From Geosiphon pyriformis uo1 (Eukaryota > Fungi > Glomeromycota), in assembly GCA_016748015.1 (NCBI GenBank), contig JAAOMT010000714.1, positions 62,001 to 126,000 on the forward strand: a stretch of DNA of 64,000 nt, written 5' to 3'. Under the pieces are notes generated by a model. That model was not told where the DNA came from. It was given only the letters and a program-made list of their open reading frames with translations, and made no database searches. How positions within the stretch are numbered: position 1 is the first letter of the stretch; the number at the start of each line of letters is the position of its first letter. Of this stretch, positions 1 to 12,212 are shown one piece after another. A program made the position numbers and the translations under genes.

Positions 1-772
1 AATTTTAAAATTAATAAAAGTATTATTAAAAATATTTTTTTCTATTTTTAATCTATAAAATATTAAACTTAAAATAAAATAACCAATTCTATGTTAATAA
101 ATATTTTTAATTATTTTACAATAAAAGTTAATTAATTTAACTATAAGTTTTTTAAAATATGTATTAGTTACTTTACAATAAAAATCAATTCTTTTACAAA
201 AGAACTTAATTATAGGCTTTTTATAATAATAATAATAAAATAAAAAATAAGAATTAATTAAAGTGAATTTGTTTTAATTATTAGTTGCAATAAACCTTGT
301 TTAAGCTTAAGAGAAATAAATAAATAATTTTTTAAAATTAGTAATACATTTTAAGATTATTAATTTTAATAATATGAATTTTAAAAGAATGATTAATTTT
401 GATAACTTGGAGTTTTCAATTCCAAAACTCTATTTTAATAATTTGTATTGTAAATAATTCTAAGAATTATAATTCTTATTTAAATACGTTTTTTAAAAAA
501 AGAGCTTTTCTTTTACAATTTTTTTTATAGAATTATTTTGAATTTTAATATTTTTTTTGTTAATATTTAATAAATTTTTGAAAGCTAAATATATATTTTG
601 GCAAACTATAAATTATTTTAGTAAATTATTAAATATTTTAGTAAATTTTTAAATATTTTAATAAACTTTTAATATTTTATAGTTGAGATTTTGCATTATA
701 TTTAATCATACTTATGGATTTATATAATTAAATTATTAATTAAATAATAATAATTAATAATTTGGCTAAATA
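1..772 (-). mobile_element. Degenerate Gypsy LTR (relative of the 4963-5922 / 59808-60755 LTR family), runs off the left edge; inserted in a LINE RT domain
   Basis: Colinear similarity to 59900-60620 (e.g. aaataaccaattctatgtt vs aaatagccaattttgtgcc; agttactttacaataaaaatcaa vs agttattttgctataaaagtcaa; ~20-bp internal repeats at 590-670). The LINE reading frame stops at ~773. Confidence 0.6.
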
Positions 773-2566
773 TTATTTAATTTTTGTGGCTATTGTAAAT
801 ATGACTAAAAAAATTTATAAATCTTTTACATATTTTAATTTTACAAAAACGGTTAAGGAAATATAGCCAATTTATTAAATTATATATCTTATACATATTT
901 TGCAAAACTATTTAAAGCTTTTTATTATTTTTTAATATATTGTTAATAATTGGACTTACTATAAAAGATATTTGTATAAAAATACTTTTTAACACTAAAA
1001 ATTTTTTATTATAAAAAATATTATTAAGCTTATATACTAATAAAATCTTATTAAAGAATATTTTAGACGAAATCTTATAAGCAGTATTAATAAATATAAT
1101 AGACTGGATATTAAATTAATATGTTTTTTTGTTAAATAATTTGAGAATTATAAAAAACAATGTTTTTTTCAAAGATTCAAAACTCTTTTCTTTACTAAAT
1201 ACAAATTAAATTCAAAAGTAAATCTAAAACATATTGGTTAAAATGTTTTTAAAACTTATTTCGAATTTTGAATAAATCTGTTGTTTTTTTATCAAGCAGA
1301 TTTTTAATTATTTTAAAGAAATTTTACTTATAATTTTTATATAAATATTGTTACTAATATACTTTAAAAGAATATACTGTTCTTCTAAACAGATAAAATA
1401 TCTTCAGACATTTTTCTTTTTGTCCAATTTTTCATAGTATTAACATTATATTTGACTTTTACAGAATTAAAAATTATATTATTATTAACAATTATATTAT
1501 TTAAAATAACTTTAATAATACATTTTTTATCTAAAACAAAATTATTTATCTGTTTTTTAATAGCATTTTAATTTTTAAATCTTTTATTATTTAAGCTTTA
1601 AATATTTTCGACCAGTAATAAAATTTTTTAATTCTTGTAACTATCTGTTCAAAACATATATTAAAATCTAATACAATAAACAAAATCTAAAATTTGGTTT
1701 TTAAGAAAATTATTGGCAAAAAAACTATTATTTTAACTAACAATTTTTACATAATATTTAAATTTATATTTAATTTCAATTTTTTATATTTGTTTACAAT
1801 ATTTAAACAAAAAACCAGTATAAATTTTTCAAATTTGGACCAATTTTTTGTATTAGTTTGGCTTATTTAAAATTTTCAATGGTTTTTGTCAATTTGCTTA
1901 TAAATTATATTAATTTTAATATTAAACAAACCATTTAAACTTATTAAAACAAAAACAGTCTAATAATTTGTATTAAAAACTTTACTAATATTATAAATAC
2001 AATAAGTTATAAGCATACTACTGAGTTTTTTACTAAAAAAAATATAATTAATAGTTTTTTATTGTATTTAAAGTTGTTTTAAATTAGTTTTTAATAAACA
2101 AACTTTTTAAAATTATATTACACAAACCCAAAAAATTATATTTTACAAAAAACATTGTGTTTAAAACTATCTTTATTAAAATTTTTTTAAAAAAAAAAGC
2201 TTTTATTAACAGTTTTAAAAATTGTATTATTTATACATGTTTATTTTTTTATTAAGTTTTTGTTTACTTACTAATTAATATAATTAAAAAAAAATTTATA
2301 AAATAATTCAACTAATAGTAACCAATTATTAATATCTATAGTTTTATAAATATACTTAATAATATTATTATTATTAATTAAAACAACTTCTAATTTAAAA
2401 ATATTTTTTTTGGTTAAAATTTATATTTGGTTTTTAACTTAAATTTTTTAATAAATAAACTATATTATTATATTTTTTATATTATTTAATATTGGTTTTT
2501 TGTTTTATAAAATTGTTTATAATCTGAATATTTATATGTTGTTATTTTTTAAAACAAACTGTCTAT
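773..2566 (-). pseudogene. Highly degenerate LINE ORF2 (APE endonuclease to RT N-terminal half)
   Basis: The minus strand gives decayed versions of motifs intact in younger copies. Examples: 'F*KITTYNIQ' (WKIATCNVR), 'KTINYIF...FNTNY*TVFVLISLNGL' (KTIDY...FDTDH), 'NFLVLKS', 'L*IVLQNMYKIYNLINW' (LWLVLQDMRKAYDSVGW). Confidence 0.75.
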
Positions 2567-2939
2567 AAAAAACAATGTTTAAAAAACTTAATTACACATT
2601 TAGAAAACTTTACTTAATTATTAAATTTAAAAATATATTTAAAAAATTATTAAGTTTATTTTTTTATTAACTAATTTTAAATTATACTTAATATTAATAA
2701 AACTTTATTAATAAGCAAATTTAAAATTATTTTAACATTTATTAAAAACAAGAATTAATCAAAATTTATTTACAAAATAAATAAATTATTAAATACTAAG
2801 TTAAAAAATATTATTAAAAAAAAATTTTAAAAATGTCAAATAATATAAATATTATTACTGTATTTATTTATTTATTTAAAAAGCTTAAAATTACATTTAA
2901 GTTTATTTATTCTTAATTTTAAATTGTTAAATTTAAATA

Positions 2940-3690
2940 ATTAATTTTAAATTTTAACAAAATATAATTTAAATACTATTTTATACAATATAATTTACTA
3001 AAAGTTTTAAATTAAATATAAATTATAAACTTTTTATATATAATTAAGTATTCAAATTAATTAAAACACAACTTAAGTTAAATTAAAAAAAGCTAAAAGA
3101 AAATTTAACTTATTAATTTTATTTATTATATTATTTAAAAACAAACTTACTTAAAAACAATTTAGTTTTTTCAATATTTTATTTTATTTTAAAATTATTT
3201 ATTTGCCATAATAATACTAAATATATTTTTATTTATATTACCAAATTTTTTTTAGCTTTAAAACTAGCAAAGTTTTTAAGTAAACTAGCCAAAAATTTAT
3301 AAAATTCTTAATAATATACTCTATTATAACCAAATTTATTTTTATCATAAAATTTTTTCATGTATTTTCAGCCAAAAAAAAAGATAACTAAAATAATTTA
3401 AAAACTAATTAGTATAATAACAAATTTAATTAAAGCAGTTATATTAAAGATTTAAAATTTCAAAAAATCTAATTTAGAATTAAACACAAAATTAATAATA
3501 AAAACGGTCAAAAATATAGTAATAAGACAAACCAAAAAAGCAAAAGCTTTAGTATAAAATTTTGCATTAAAAAAAATAAGTTAAAAATTTTGAAATCATT
3601 AATAAACTTGAAAAAAAGAAATAAAAATGTTTTATAATCTATAAACAAATAATTTAAATTTTGTTACTTATAGTATTATAATTAAATCTT
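2940..3690 (-). mobile_element. Old, decayed copy of the ORF1-only (HAL1-like) element
   Basis: Aligns with 48800-49500, covering the LINE-type 3' tail (2950-3075), the ORF C-terminus and 'NSKLDFLK..IFNITALIK' (cf. GSRLDFLEKQISDLTALVK). A decayed CX2CX4HX4C knuckle at 3634-3675 reads YYK*QNLNYLFIDY. Confidence 0.65.
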
Positions 3691-3763
3691 TTACTTTTTA
3701 GCTTTTATTTATTTACTTAGTCATAATTAGTCATTTTGTTTTTAGATTTTAATTGTTAATATA

Positions 3764-3870
3764 ATTATTAACTTGATTATTAACTTAATTATTAACTTGA
3801 TTATTGACTTGATTATTAATTTAATTATTAACCAAAATATTAATATAATTATTAATTTGATCATTAATGT
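3764..3870. repeat. 12-bp tandem repeat (aattattaactt / gattattgactt), ~8 decaying units
   Basis: Directly visible: aattattaactt gattattaactt aattattaactt gattattgactt gattattaattt... Confidence 0.75.
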
Positions 3871-4541
3871 TTTTTAAAAATATAAGTGTAAAATTTTTTA
3901 AAACTTTAAAAAAAAGCATTTATATTTAAATTATACTTAAATTAATATAATAATATCAACTTTTTAATTTTTTATTATTATTATTATTATTATTTTTTAA
4001 TTTGTATAATTTTTAGTTTTTAAAAAGTATATTTAAATAAGTATTTACTAAAAAATATAATTAATACTTAATATTAAATTTTAAATATATTAATATAAAA
4101 CATAAAATTATACTAATATAATATTTTTTGTCAATAATATAAACTATCTCTTTACTTTCAGATTTTTTGTTATCTTTTTGGAAAGAATAATAACTAAAAT
4201 ATTTATAAAACTGATTTTATATATTGAATTTTTACTAATTTAATTTGCTTATTAAAGTTGAATTATTTTTTTAATTATTTGTATTGTTATATAATATTGT
4301 TTTTTTTGTTATTTATTAGTTTATTAATTAAACTATAATAATAGTAATAATATTTAAAGGTTTTTTACTAAATAAAATACTTATATAAAATATTAATTTT
4401 TAATATAGCAAAATTTAAAATCTTTAAAAACTTAAATATTACAACAATAAAATATTAATATAATAAGAATCAAAAAAAATTAAAACATATATGATTGCCA
4501 ATTTAAAAAATTAAATTACTAATTTTAAAAACTATATAATT

Positions 4542-4962
4542 AAAAAAAGTTATTTTTAATTATTTAGTATAAAAAATCCAAAATTTTTTTGCTTGATTAT
4601 AAGGCTATTATTAGTCTTAATATTACTATTATAAAAAAGTCTATTAGAAATCTGGCTCTGGTATTAATAATAAAAATATTTTATCAAAAAAAAAAATAGT
4701 GTTTTAAAAAATAGTATTATTAATAAAGAAATATTTACCAAAAGATTGATTGACCATTCTTAGAATTTTAAAGCTGGTAACACTACTAAATTTAATAATA
4801 TTAACATAAAAAAAAAGTTTTTAGTAGAAAATACCAGTATAAACTATAGTAAAAAAATGCTTTTAATGTAAGAGATTCTAATTAAATGCTAAAAAGTCTA
4901 TAAATACAAACCAAAAAAGCTTTAGAAATATTTTTAAAGAAAATAAATTTTTTAAATGATGA
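4542..4962 (+). mobile_element. 5' UTR and ORF1 start of an old LINE, split by Gypsy-1 (continues at 9803)
   Basis: Matches the 5' end of the LINE at 35917-36097 (ttgcttgattataaggctattattagt vs ttgcttgattacaagactattatcaat). ORF1 resumes after 9802. Confidence 0.65.
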
Positions 4963-5922
4963 TATTAGTTATAGAATTTTAACCAGAAAATTAGCATAAA
5001 ATTATTCTTATAATTTTTATTATTAATTAACATATATTAATATTAGTTTAATTATTACTTATTAGTTAATTAAATTATCAAATATTACTATTTAATTAAT
5101 AATTCAATTTGTATAATAAAAATTAGAATGATCAAATAACACAATATTTTGAACTATATAATATTTAAAAATTCACTAAAATTTATAAAAATTTGCTGAA
5201 ATAATAAATAGTTCACTAAAATAATTAATAGTTTGACAAAATAATCTGTATTTTGACAAAATATATCTTTAGTTTATTGAAATTATAACAAAAAAAAAGT
5301 TCAAGTTCATAAACTAATATTATAATAAGTTGTATAAAAAAAGAGTTTTTTCTTTAAGAAAATATATCTTATTATAAATATCTTATTTTAGATTTATTTT
5401 CATTAAAAGTAAAAATAAAAATATACTTCAAAACTCAATTTGTAAAATAATTACACTTGACATTTTCTAAAATTTAATTAATGTTTTAAAATTGATTAGC
5501 TACTAATTTTAATAAACTGTTAATAATTTCAGAACTGGACCAGAAAATAATTCTCTTAATAAAATTCTATTTTCTTTATATTTCTTTTATTTTTTTATTT
5601 TTTTCTTATTATAATTATTAAGGTAATCTACAGATGAGATTTTTGTAGAAAAATTGACTTTTACAACAAAGTAATTACATATTTTAGTAAGCTTTTAGAT
5701 AAGCAATTTTTGAAAAAGAGTTGATGTTTACTACAATATAATCATATAAAGTAATTAATATAGAATTGGCTATTTTATTTATAAACTTAGTAATTTAAAT
5801 TATAAAAAATAATTTGAAAATAAATTCAGTTATTAGAAATTTAACTACTTTTAAAAAACGTAAGTTTACAGTAAACAGACATTAACAATATACAAAAAAA
5901 AAACCAAAAACTTCTAATAATA
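4963..5922 (+). repeat. 5' LTR of Gypsy-1 (decayed TG...CA termini)
   Basis: Colinear with the reverse complement of 59808-60755. Its last ~80 bp are repeated at 9721-9798, and a PBS follows. Confidence 0.85.
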
Positions 5923-5924
5923 TT

Positions 5925-5940
5925 TGGTGCTTTTCTACAG
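5925..5940 (+). promoter_or_regulatory. Primer-binding site (TGGTGCT...)
   Basis: tggtgcttttctacag lies 2 nt after the LTR end; TGG is the complement of tRNA CCA. Confidence 0.75.
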
Positions 5941-5954
5941 AAATAATACAGCAA

Positions 5955-8900
5955 TAACAATTTCAAAGTAACAACCACAACTGACACAACAAATCTAGAG
6001 TATTATTAGTCGATTTACATTTATTGCAAGCAAAAATTTAATATCTAAAACAGAATTAAAGTTTTTAAGAAATCACTATACTAATACATCAAAAACAATT
6101 ATTTTTTAAAAACTATAATATTTCAAAAATTAAAAACAACCTTTACAAAAATTTATTGCACTATTTTTACTTAAAAACTAGAGACTTTAACAGTGAATTA
6201 CTTAACACTTACTTTCAAAAACTCAACTTCAATATTATTCAATATTGTAAAAAAAAATATCCAGTATAATTCAAATTTTTTTTGAACATAAAATCAAAGC
6301 CTAAAAATAACAACAAAAGAAAACAAAGACAAAAACAAAACTCAAAAACAACTCACAACTCACAATACATCAAAAATAATTGCTAAACATTTGTAAATAC
6401 TTAAACAAAGAACCAGTATTAAATTACCATTTTTTGTAACACCATTTTCAATTTTATTTGCTTAACTACAAAAACCCAATTCATCTTTTATCTAGTTTTT
6501 AAGACCAAAAAATTTTATCTTACCAAAAAATTCTATTCAACAACCAGAATTAATATCTATTAACACCAATCTTTTCGATTTTTTAGCAAAGAATTAGAGT
6601 AATTATTCTAATATTAACAAAACCATTTCTGAATTTACAGAAAAAAAAACTATTAAAGACAAGAATACAGAAGAAATAGCAATTACTTACATCACAAAAA
6701 TTACTGAATTTACTGAAAAAAATATAGACACTAACCCACAAGAATGGCTTAACAAAGTCCAAAAAACAGAAGATACAAATAAATAAAATGTAACAAAAAT
6801 ATTAAAAGCAATTTCTTATTTTCTATAAGGAACTATAAACAAATGGTTTAAAAACTTAAATGCATTCTTTGAAATCTGACAAGCATTCAAAAATGCTTTT
6901 TTAAAACAATTTAACAACAACATATTTATTACTCTTTGAAACCAATTTCAAAATATTAAACAAAAAATCTCTAAATTTGTTATGATCTATCTTAGAAAGT
7001 TCAACAAGCTTTTTTAACAAATTTGACAATTAAAAACCAATAAATATTACTTTGATGCTCAAATTTTGAACCAATTTATAGCCAGATTAAAAGATAAATT
7101 AATTAAGAAAGTTTGTTTCCATGTGCCAACAAACTTAACTATAGTCATTTAAGATACAAAAACCATAAAATAACAATAGAAAAAACAAACCACACCAAGT
7201 TTGTTAACTTTGCAATTAGCAAAACCAGTTCAGCAGCTAAAAAAAATAGATTAATTCACTAAAAAAGTAAAAAACTATTTTATAAATTAACAATAACAAT
7301 AGCAACAACAAAGATACTAGTTACCACAATGATAAAATCAGAACAGTTTTTTTTATTATTATTTAACAACCAATTTCAAAACTGCTATTATTGTGAAATT
7401 TCAAAACATTGGAAATAAGATTGTAAAAAAATGCAAAAAAATCAGCAAAACAGAAATAATTAATATTATTCCTAATTACAATTATCTTATTACCAATTTT
7501 TACTATTATTACACTATTTATCCAAATTTCAATATTAAACAAACTATTATTAACTTGCTTCCCAACTAATATAACAACAATATTAAGTATCTGCTTAAAA
7601 ATTAGTTCAATAAAACTAATTGGCACTTTAAAACTAATTTGTAACAAATAATAACAAATTAATTTCTAACAATCAATTAGTTTTCTAAAATCCTGTTTAG
7701 CAAAAGCCAACACATTATTATATACAATTCAACTATTTTACAATGCCAAAAAAATCGAATTTTTAACAAACTGCATTTTTTAAAAATGAAGCTGTAGTCT
7801 TAAAACAAAACTCTTTTAGTAATATAATTTCATCAGTCAAAATTGCCCAAAATGTTAATCTCTCCAATATATTTTTATTTGAATTTGAAGCAAATAAATC
7901 ATTATTCTTACTTAGCAATACAGCTATTACAAAACAGAAAGCAATCACAGCTATATATACAGAAGCCAAAGTTAAAAAAAAACCAATTCAGTTAATTTTA
8001 AATAGTTAATCTACCAGAAGTATTATTACTTACCAATTAATACAACAGTTAATTGCCAAATATGCTAATATATTTGTCAAAAACAACAATAATTTCAGAA
8101 AAACTAATAATGTGTAGCATCAAATTTGCACAAAAAATGTTTTACCAAAATGCCAACAAATCTATTAAATCTTATTTGTTAGTTATTAATTTATCAGAAA
8201 AAAAGTACAATAAATGCTTAACAATAGTTTTATCTAATTATTAAAAAGTTTTTGGGCTTTATCAGTAGTTTTAGTCAAAAAATAGCAAGATCAAATTCTG
8301 TATAGATTATTATTAACTCAATAGTGTAATAATTGGAGATATATATCTCTTTTTAAGAATTAATAACATGCTAAATACTCTTAAAAAAGTCCAGTTTTTT
8401 TAACTTTAGGCTTAGAAAGCAGATACTGGCAAGTTGAAATAGATTCCAAAAACTACTCTAAAACAGCATTTACTATACAAAAAAAAAACTACAAATTTAA
8501 TATTATGTTACTTGAACTCTGTAATATACCAGCAACATTTCAAAAACTTATAGATGTTGTTTATGAAAAATTTTTATGATAATCAGTAGTTGTTGATCTC
8601 GATAATACTAATGTGTACTTTTCAAGTTTTAAAGCTTATTTAATCTATTTGTGAAAAGTTTTTTAATAATTATAAAAAGCAGAATTGAAATTGAATATTA
8701 AAAAATGATACTTCAAAAAAACAAATTTGATCTTTCTTGAATATATCATTAACAAAAATAGAATCCAACCCAATCTAGAAATAATTAGTGTTGTCAAAAA
8801 CTTTTAAATTCTCCAAAATACCACAGAACTAAGAAGATTTGTAAGATTAATCTTTTATTACCAAAAGTTTATTAAAGAATTTTCTAAAATCACCAAACCA

Positions 8901-9245
8901 TTTAACTACCTGATTAACAAAAATATTAGATATCAATAGATCCAAGTTCAATAATAAACATTTAACACTTTCAAAAAAAGACTTACTATGACTTCAATTT
9001 TTGCTTATCTTAACTTTAGCAAAAAATTCCACTTAGCCATTAATGCTTCATATATAGTATTTGGTATTATTCTATTATAATTGGATGACAATAAAAATAA
9101 ATAAATAATTGTTTATGTTAGCAAAACTCTCAAACCAACTAAACTCAAATATAGTTCAACTAAATTAAAAGCAGCAGCTGTTATCTGAACTCTCAAATAC
9201 TTTTAGTAATATTTCAGAAATAAATTCCAATTCAATATTATCATT
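5955..9245 (+). pseudogene. Gypsy-1 gag-pol relic (gag, CCHC, aspartic protease, RT, RNase H)
   Basis: gag 'PQEWLNKVQK', 'AQILNQFIARLK'; knuckle CYYCEISKHWK*DC (~7383-7424); protease 'LILNS*STRSII' (LILDSGSAGS, ~7990-8030). RT 'FCIDYY', 'LELCNIPATFQK', 'VDLDNTNVY' (~8592-8620). RNase H 'LAINAS', 'KLKAAAVI*TLKYF'. Confidence 0.85.
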
Positions 9246-9722
9246 AAGTATTACTAAATGTTTAAGTTGGCAATATTTTTAATAAGTAAATAAATATGGA
9301 CATTTTAAATGAGATCTTAAACCAGTTTCTTTAAATTGTTTTATTATATCTGAAACTATTGTCAAGCTACAATTGACTATGTTGGCAATATTACGATATT
9401 TCTTGCCATGCTATTGTAACAAGCATATAATATTACATTGAGCAATTATTAATTCTTTTTTTGCTCTTATTTTGTTTTAATAAAAATCACAAAAAAATCT
9501 TATATGTGTGTTATATTTTATTTTTATAAAAAAAACAAGTATGAATAAAATTGATTATGGGTATTGCAAAAAAAAATTATACATACATGTTTAAAAAATA
9601 AAAAATATATAATTAAATAATTAATTAACTTAATTTAGTAATAAATTCGTGCTTTTTTAATTATTTAAGCATATAAAATATTATTCCAAAGTTTGTTTAT
9701 AAACTTTTGAATACTCCTAGTA
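9243..9722 (-). mobile_element. Tc1/mariner DNA transposon 5' fragment (TIR plus transposase N-terminal HTH), inserted at a TA in the Gypsy-1 3' LTR
   Basis: Minus strand begins TA-CTAGGAGTATTCAAAAGTTT (Tc1-type TIR). Positions 9470 down to 9243 translate IRAKKELIIAQCNIICLLQ*HGKKYRNIANIVNCSLTIVSDIIKQFKETGLRSHLKCP, a decayed paired-HTH with an 'RSGRP' motif. Confidence 0.75.
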
Positions 9723-9802
9723 CTTCTAAAAAACATGAATTTACAGCAAACAGACATTAATAATATACAAAAAAAAAGACCAAAAACCTTCAATAACAAT
9801 AA

Positions 9803-12212
9803 TAATAATAATATTTTATTGGATATTTTTCTAGTCTTTTTATTTTTTCTAAAAAATCTGGTTAATATGTCTGTTAGGAAGTTTTTTTTGTCTTAAACAT
9901 TAGTTTAAACAAAGTTAATAAAAAATTGTTTCAAGAAAAACTCATTGTAGTCAGAAAATTGTTTTCAAAAATCAATAATTTTGAAGAAGCATCTACTTTT
10001 TCAAAATTTGCTAATATTATTAAAGCTACATTTATTTTTAAATTTAGCATAACACAAACAATAAATTTGACAAAGACTAGAAATATTTTAGTAAATACCA
10101 ATTTTAAAAAATTTGTAATACATTCAGATTAGACTATAATAGTTAAAAAAATGTTTATAAAAACTTTTATAGAAGCCGTGTGCACTGCATTTTCAGATTT
10201 AAAGTTATTAAGTTGATCAAAATGCAATTGGTAGAACTATGAAAAAAAGCTGTTGTTAAATTTGAGTAATTTAATCATACTAATTTGGCCACAGCAAAGT
10301 GATTTATTTTAATTAAAAAAGATGCTGTGAAAATTGCTAAAACTGATAAAAATAAAGAAATATAGAACATAAAAAACTATAATAAAGTATTATTTTTCAC
10401 ATTACTAATAAGTATAACTGCTTATAATATATAAAATTTTATTGAATTAATAGATAAAAAACTGGTATTATTGATTAATATCTAATTATATATATTAAAA
10501 CCAGATTTGTTGTAATGTGTTTCAACTCAGAATTTTTATTGGATGCTATTATAAAAACTATGTTAATGCTTAAAAGTGTTAATTTGTGCTAATTTTATTT
10601 GAGTTTAGCCAAATATACCAAGTATAAAAACTTAGATTATACTTTATTAAATTGTATTGTTAATAAAAAAATTTTTTCTGGCAGCTTATTTCATAAAGTA
10701 TTCTTTAAGGCAGATAAAAGCAGACTGGCTATTATCTATGTTAAGCAATTAGCTTCTGTAGTTTATTTAGTGTCTTTTAGATAAAAGTTATTAATAAGTT
10801 TTCATTTTCTTTTTTTTAGTGTAAAATAATTCTTCAAGTTTTGGCTTTTTTTTTGAGATAAAGTCTTTTTTGCTGGTATTAAAAGCAATAAGTAATAAGT
10901 TTGCTATTCTTAAACACAATTTTACTAGTCTTAAATAGCAAATTAACTAGCTGGCTAAAAAATTAGATGAATTTGAACCAATAAATTTTTAGCTTAGCTC
11001 TGAATATTAGTTATTAGTGATTTTTTTATTACAAAATCAAGAGGCAAATACAGTAATAAGTAAAAGTTTAAATCTAATTATTAGTAATATAACTGTTGCA
11101 AAAGTAGAGTTTTTAGACCAATCAATTATTACAAAATTTGAAGAAAAAATAAAAAAAATATTAATTATAGTTATAGATCTGTTGGCCAAAATAAATAATA
11201 AGAGTTTAGATTCAAGTATTTCCTTTTAACAATAACTAATTTGATCTGAAAAATTGTTACATATAATATTAAAGATATAAACAACTTTGTTAAGTAAGAA
11301 AATATTATTTATTGACATAAAAAAATAAATAATTTAATTTCTATTGTTATTGAGACAAAATTAAAAAAAAATTTGTCCATAGATTGTTAACAAGTTTGAT
11401 AGTATTTAAGTATTCATTTTTAATTTGGAATCTGGTTATTTGGATTTTAATATTGCAGTTATTATAAATATTGTTTTGGCAAAACATATGTACAAAGTTT
11501 TTAAAGTTGCTAATTGGCTTTTGTCTGTTAAGTTATTTTTCAAAAATAAATTTTCTGTGTCAATTTTGGAATTATATGTTAGTACTGTTTTGATAATGCA
11601 TTTGGCTTAAACTAAAAAAATCAACTCACTAATTATGAAAGCAATAAATGAATTTTTTTTGTAATTTTAAGTAGTAATTTTCATAAAGATAGTTTTTGCA
11701 AATGTGTTAGTTTCAAGAAGTATCTTGATCTGAAACTAGTTAATTTTTTGATAAAGAGCTTAATTGCAAAAGTTTTAACATAAAAAAATTCAAAAAATGC
11801 TGAAAAAACAATTAATTATGTATTTGTGTTTTCAAATTTAATTAATTTAATAATAGATTATGCAGTTTTAAATATTAATAAGCACTTTTACACTAATTAT
11901 CAAACTGTTTTTATATCTGTGGGTTTGGATAATTTACTAAATATATACTTAATTTTTTTTTATAAACAAGTAAATAAAAATTATTAAAAATTTGATTTTA
12001 GAAGTACTAATAGTATCCAATAGACAAGTTTTAAAAATACTATTGTAACTAATATTACAATGTTTTTTGATAAGTTTATAATAGCCAAAAAGTTCTTGAA
12101 TCTGAATGTAATATAAAATATTATTTATAAAGTAGTGTGTTTATTGACCAATAAGATATTTAAAAAAAATAGTTCAAAAATTTTGATGATGTTTTTATCA
12201 AAGATTCTTTTA
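9803..12212 (+). pseudogene. Old LINE continued: ORF1 (9803-11235) and ORF2 APE region (11232-12212), truncated
   Basis: ORF-track pieces 9926 (RKLFSKINNFEEASTFSKF), 10599, 11017 and 11425 (LLSVKLFFKNKFSVSILELY) are homologous to ORF1/ORF2 of the intact copies. Confidence 0.85.

Larger units (their letters stand above)
4963..9798 (+). mobile_element. Ty3/Gypsy LTR retrotransposon 'Gypsy-1', internally deleted (no integrase), 4-bp TSD ATGA/ATAA
   Basis: 5' LTR 4963-5922, PBS, gag with CCHC, protease, RT, RNase H, 3' LTR remnant 9721-9798. TSD at 4959-4962 and 9799-9802 inside LINE ORF1. Confidence 0.85.

Noticed and set aside
3880-4540. Possible additional Gypsy/LINE relic
   Set aside because: Only faint similarity; too decayed to call by eye.
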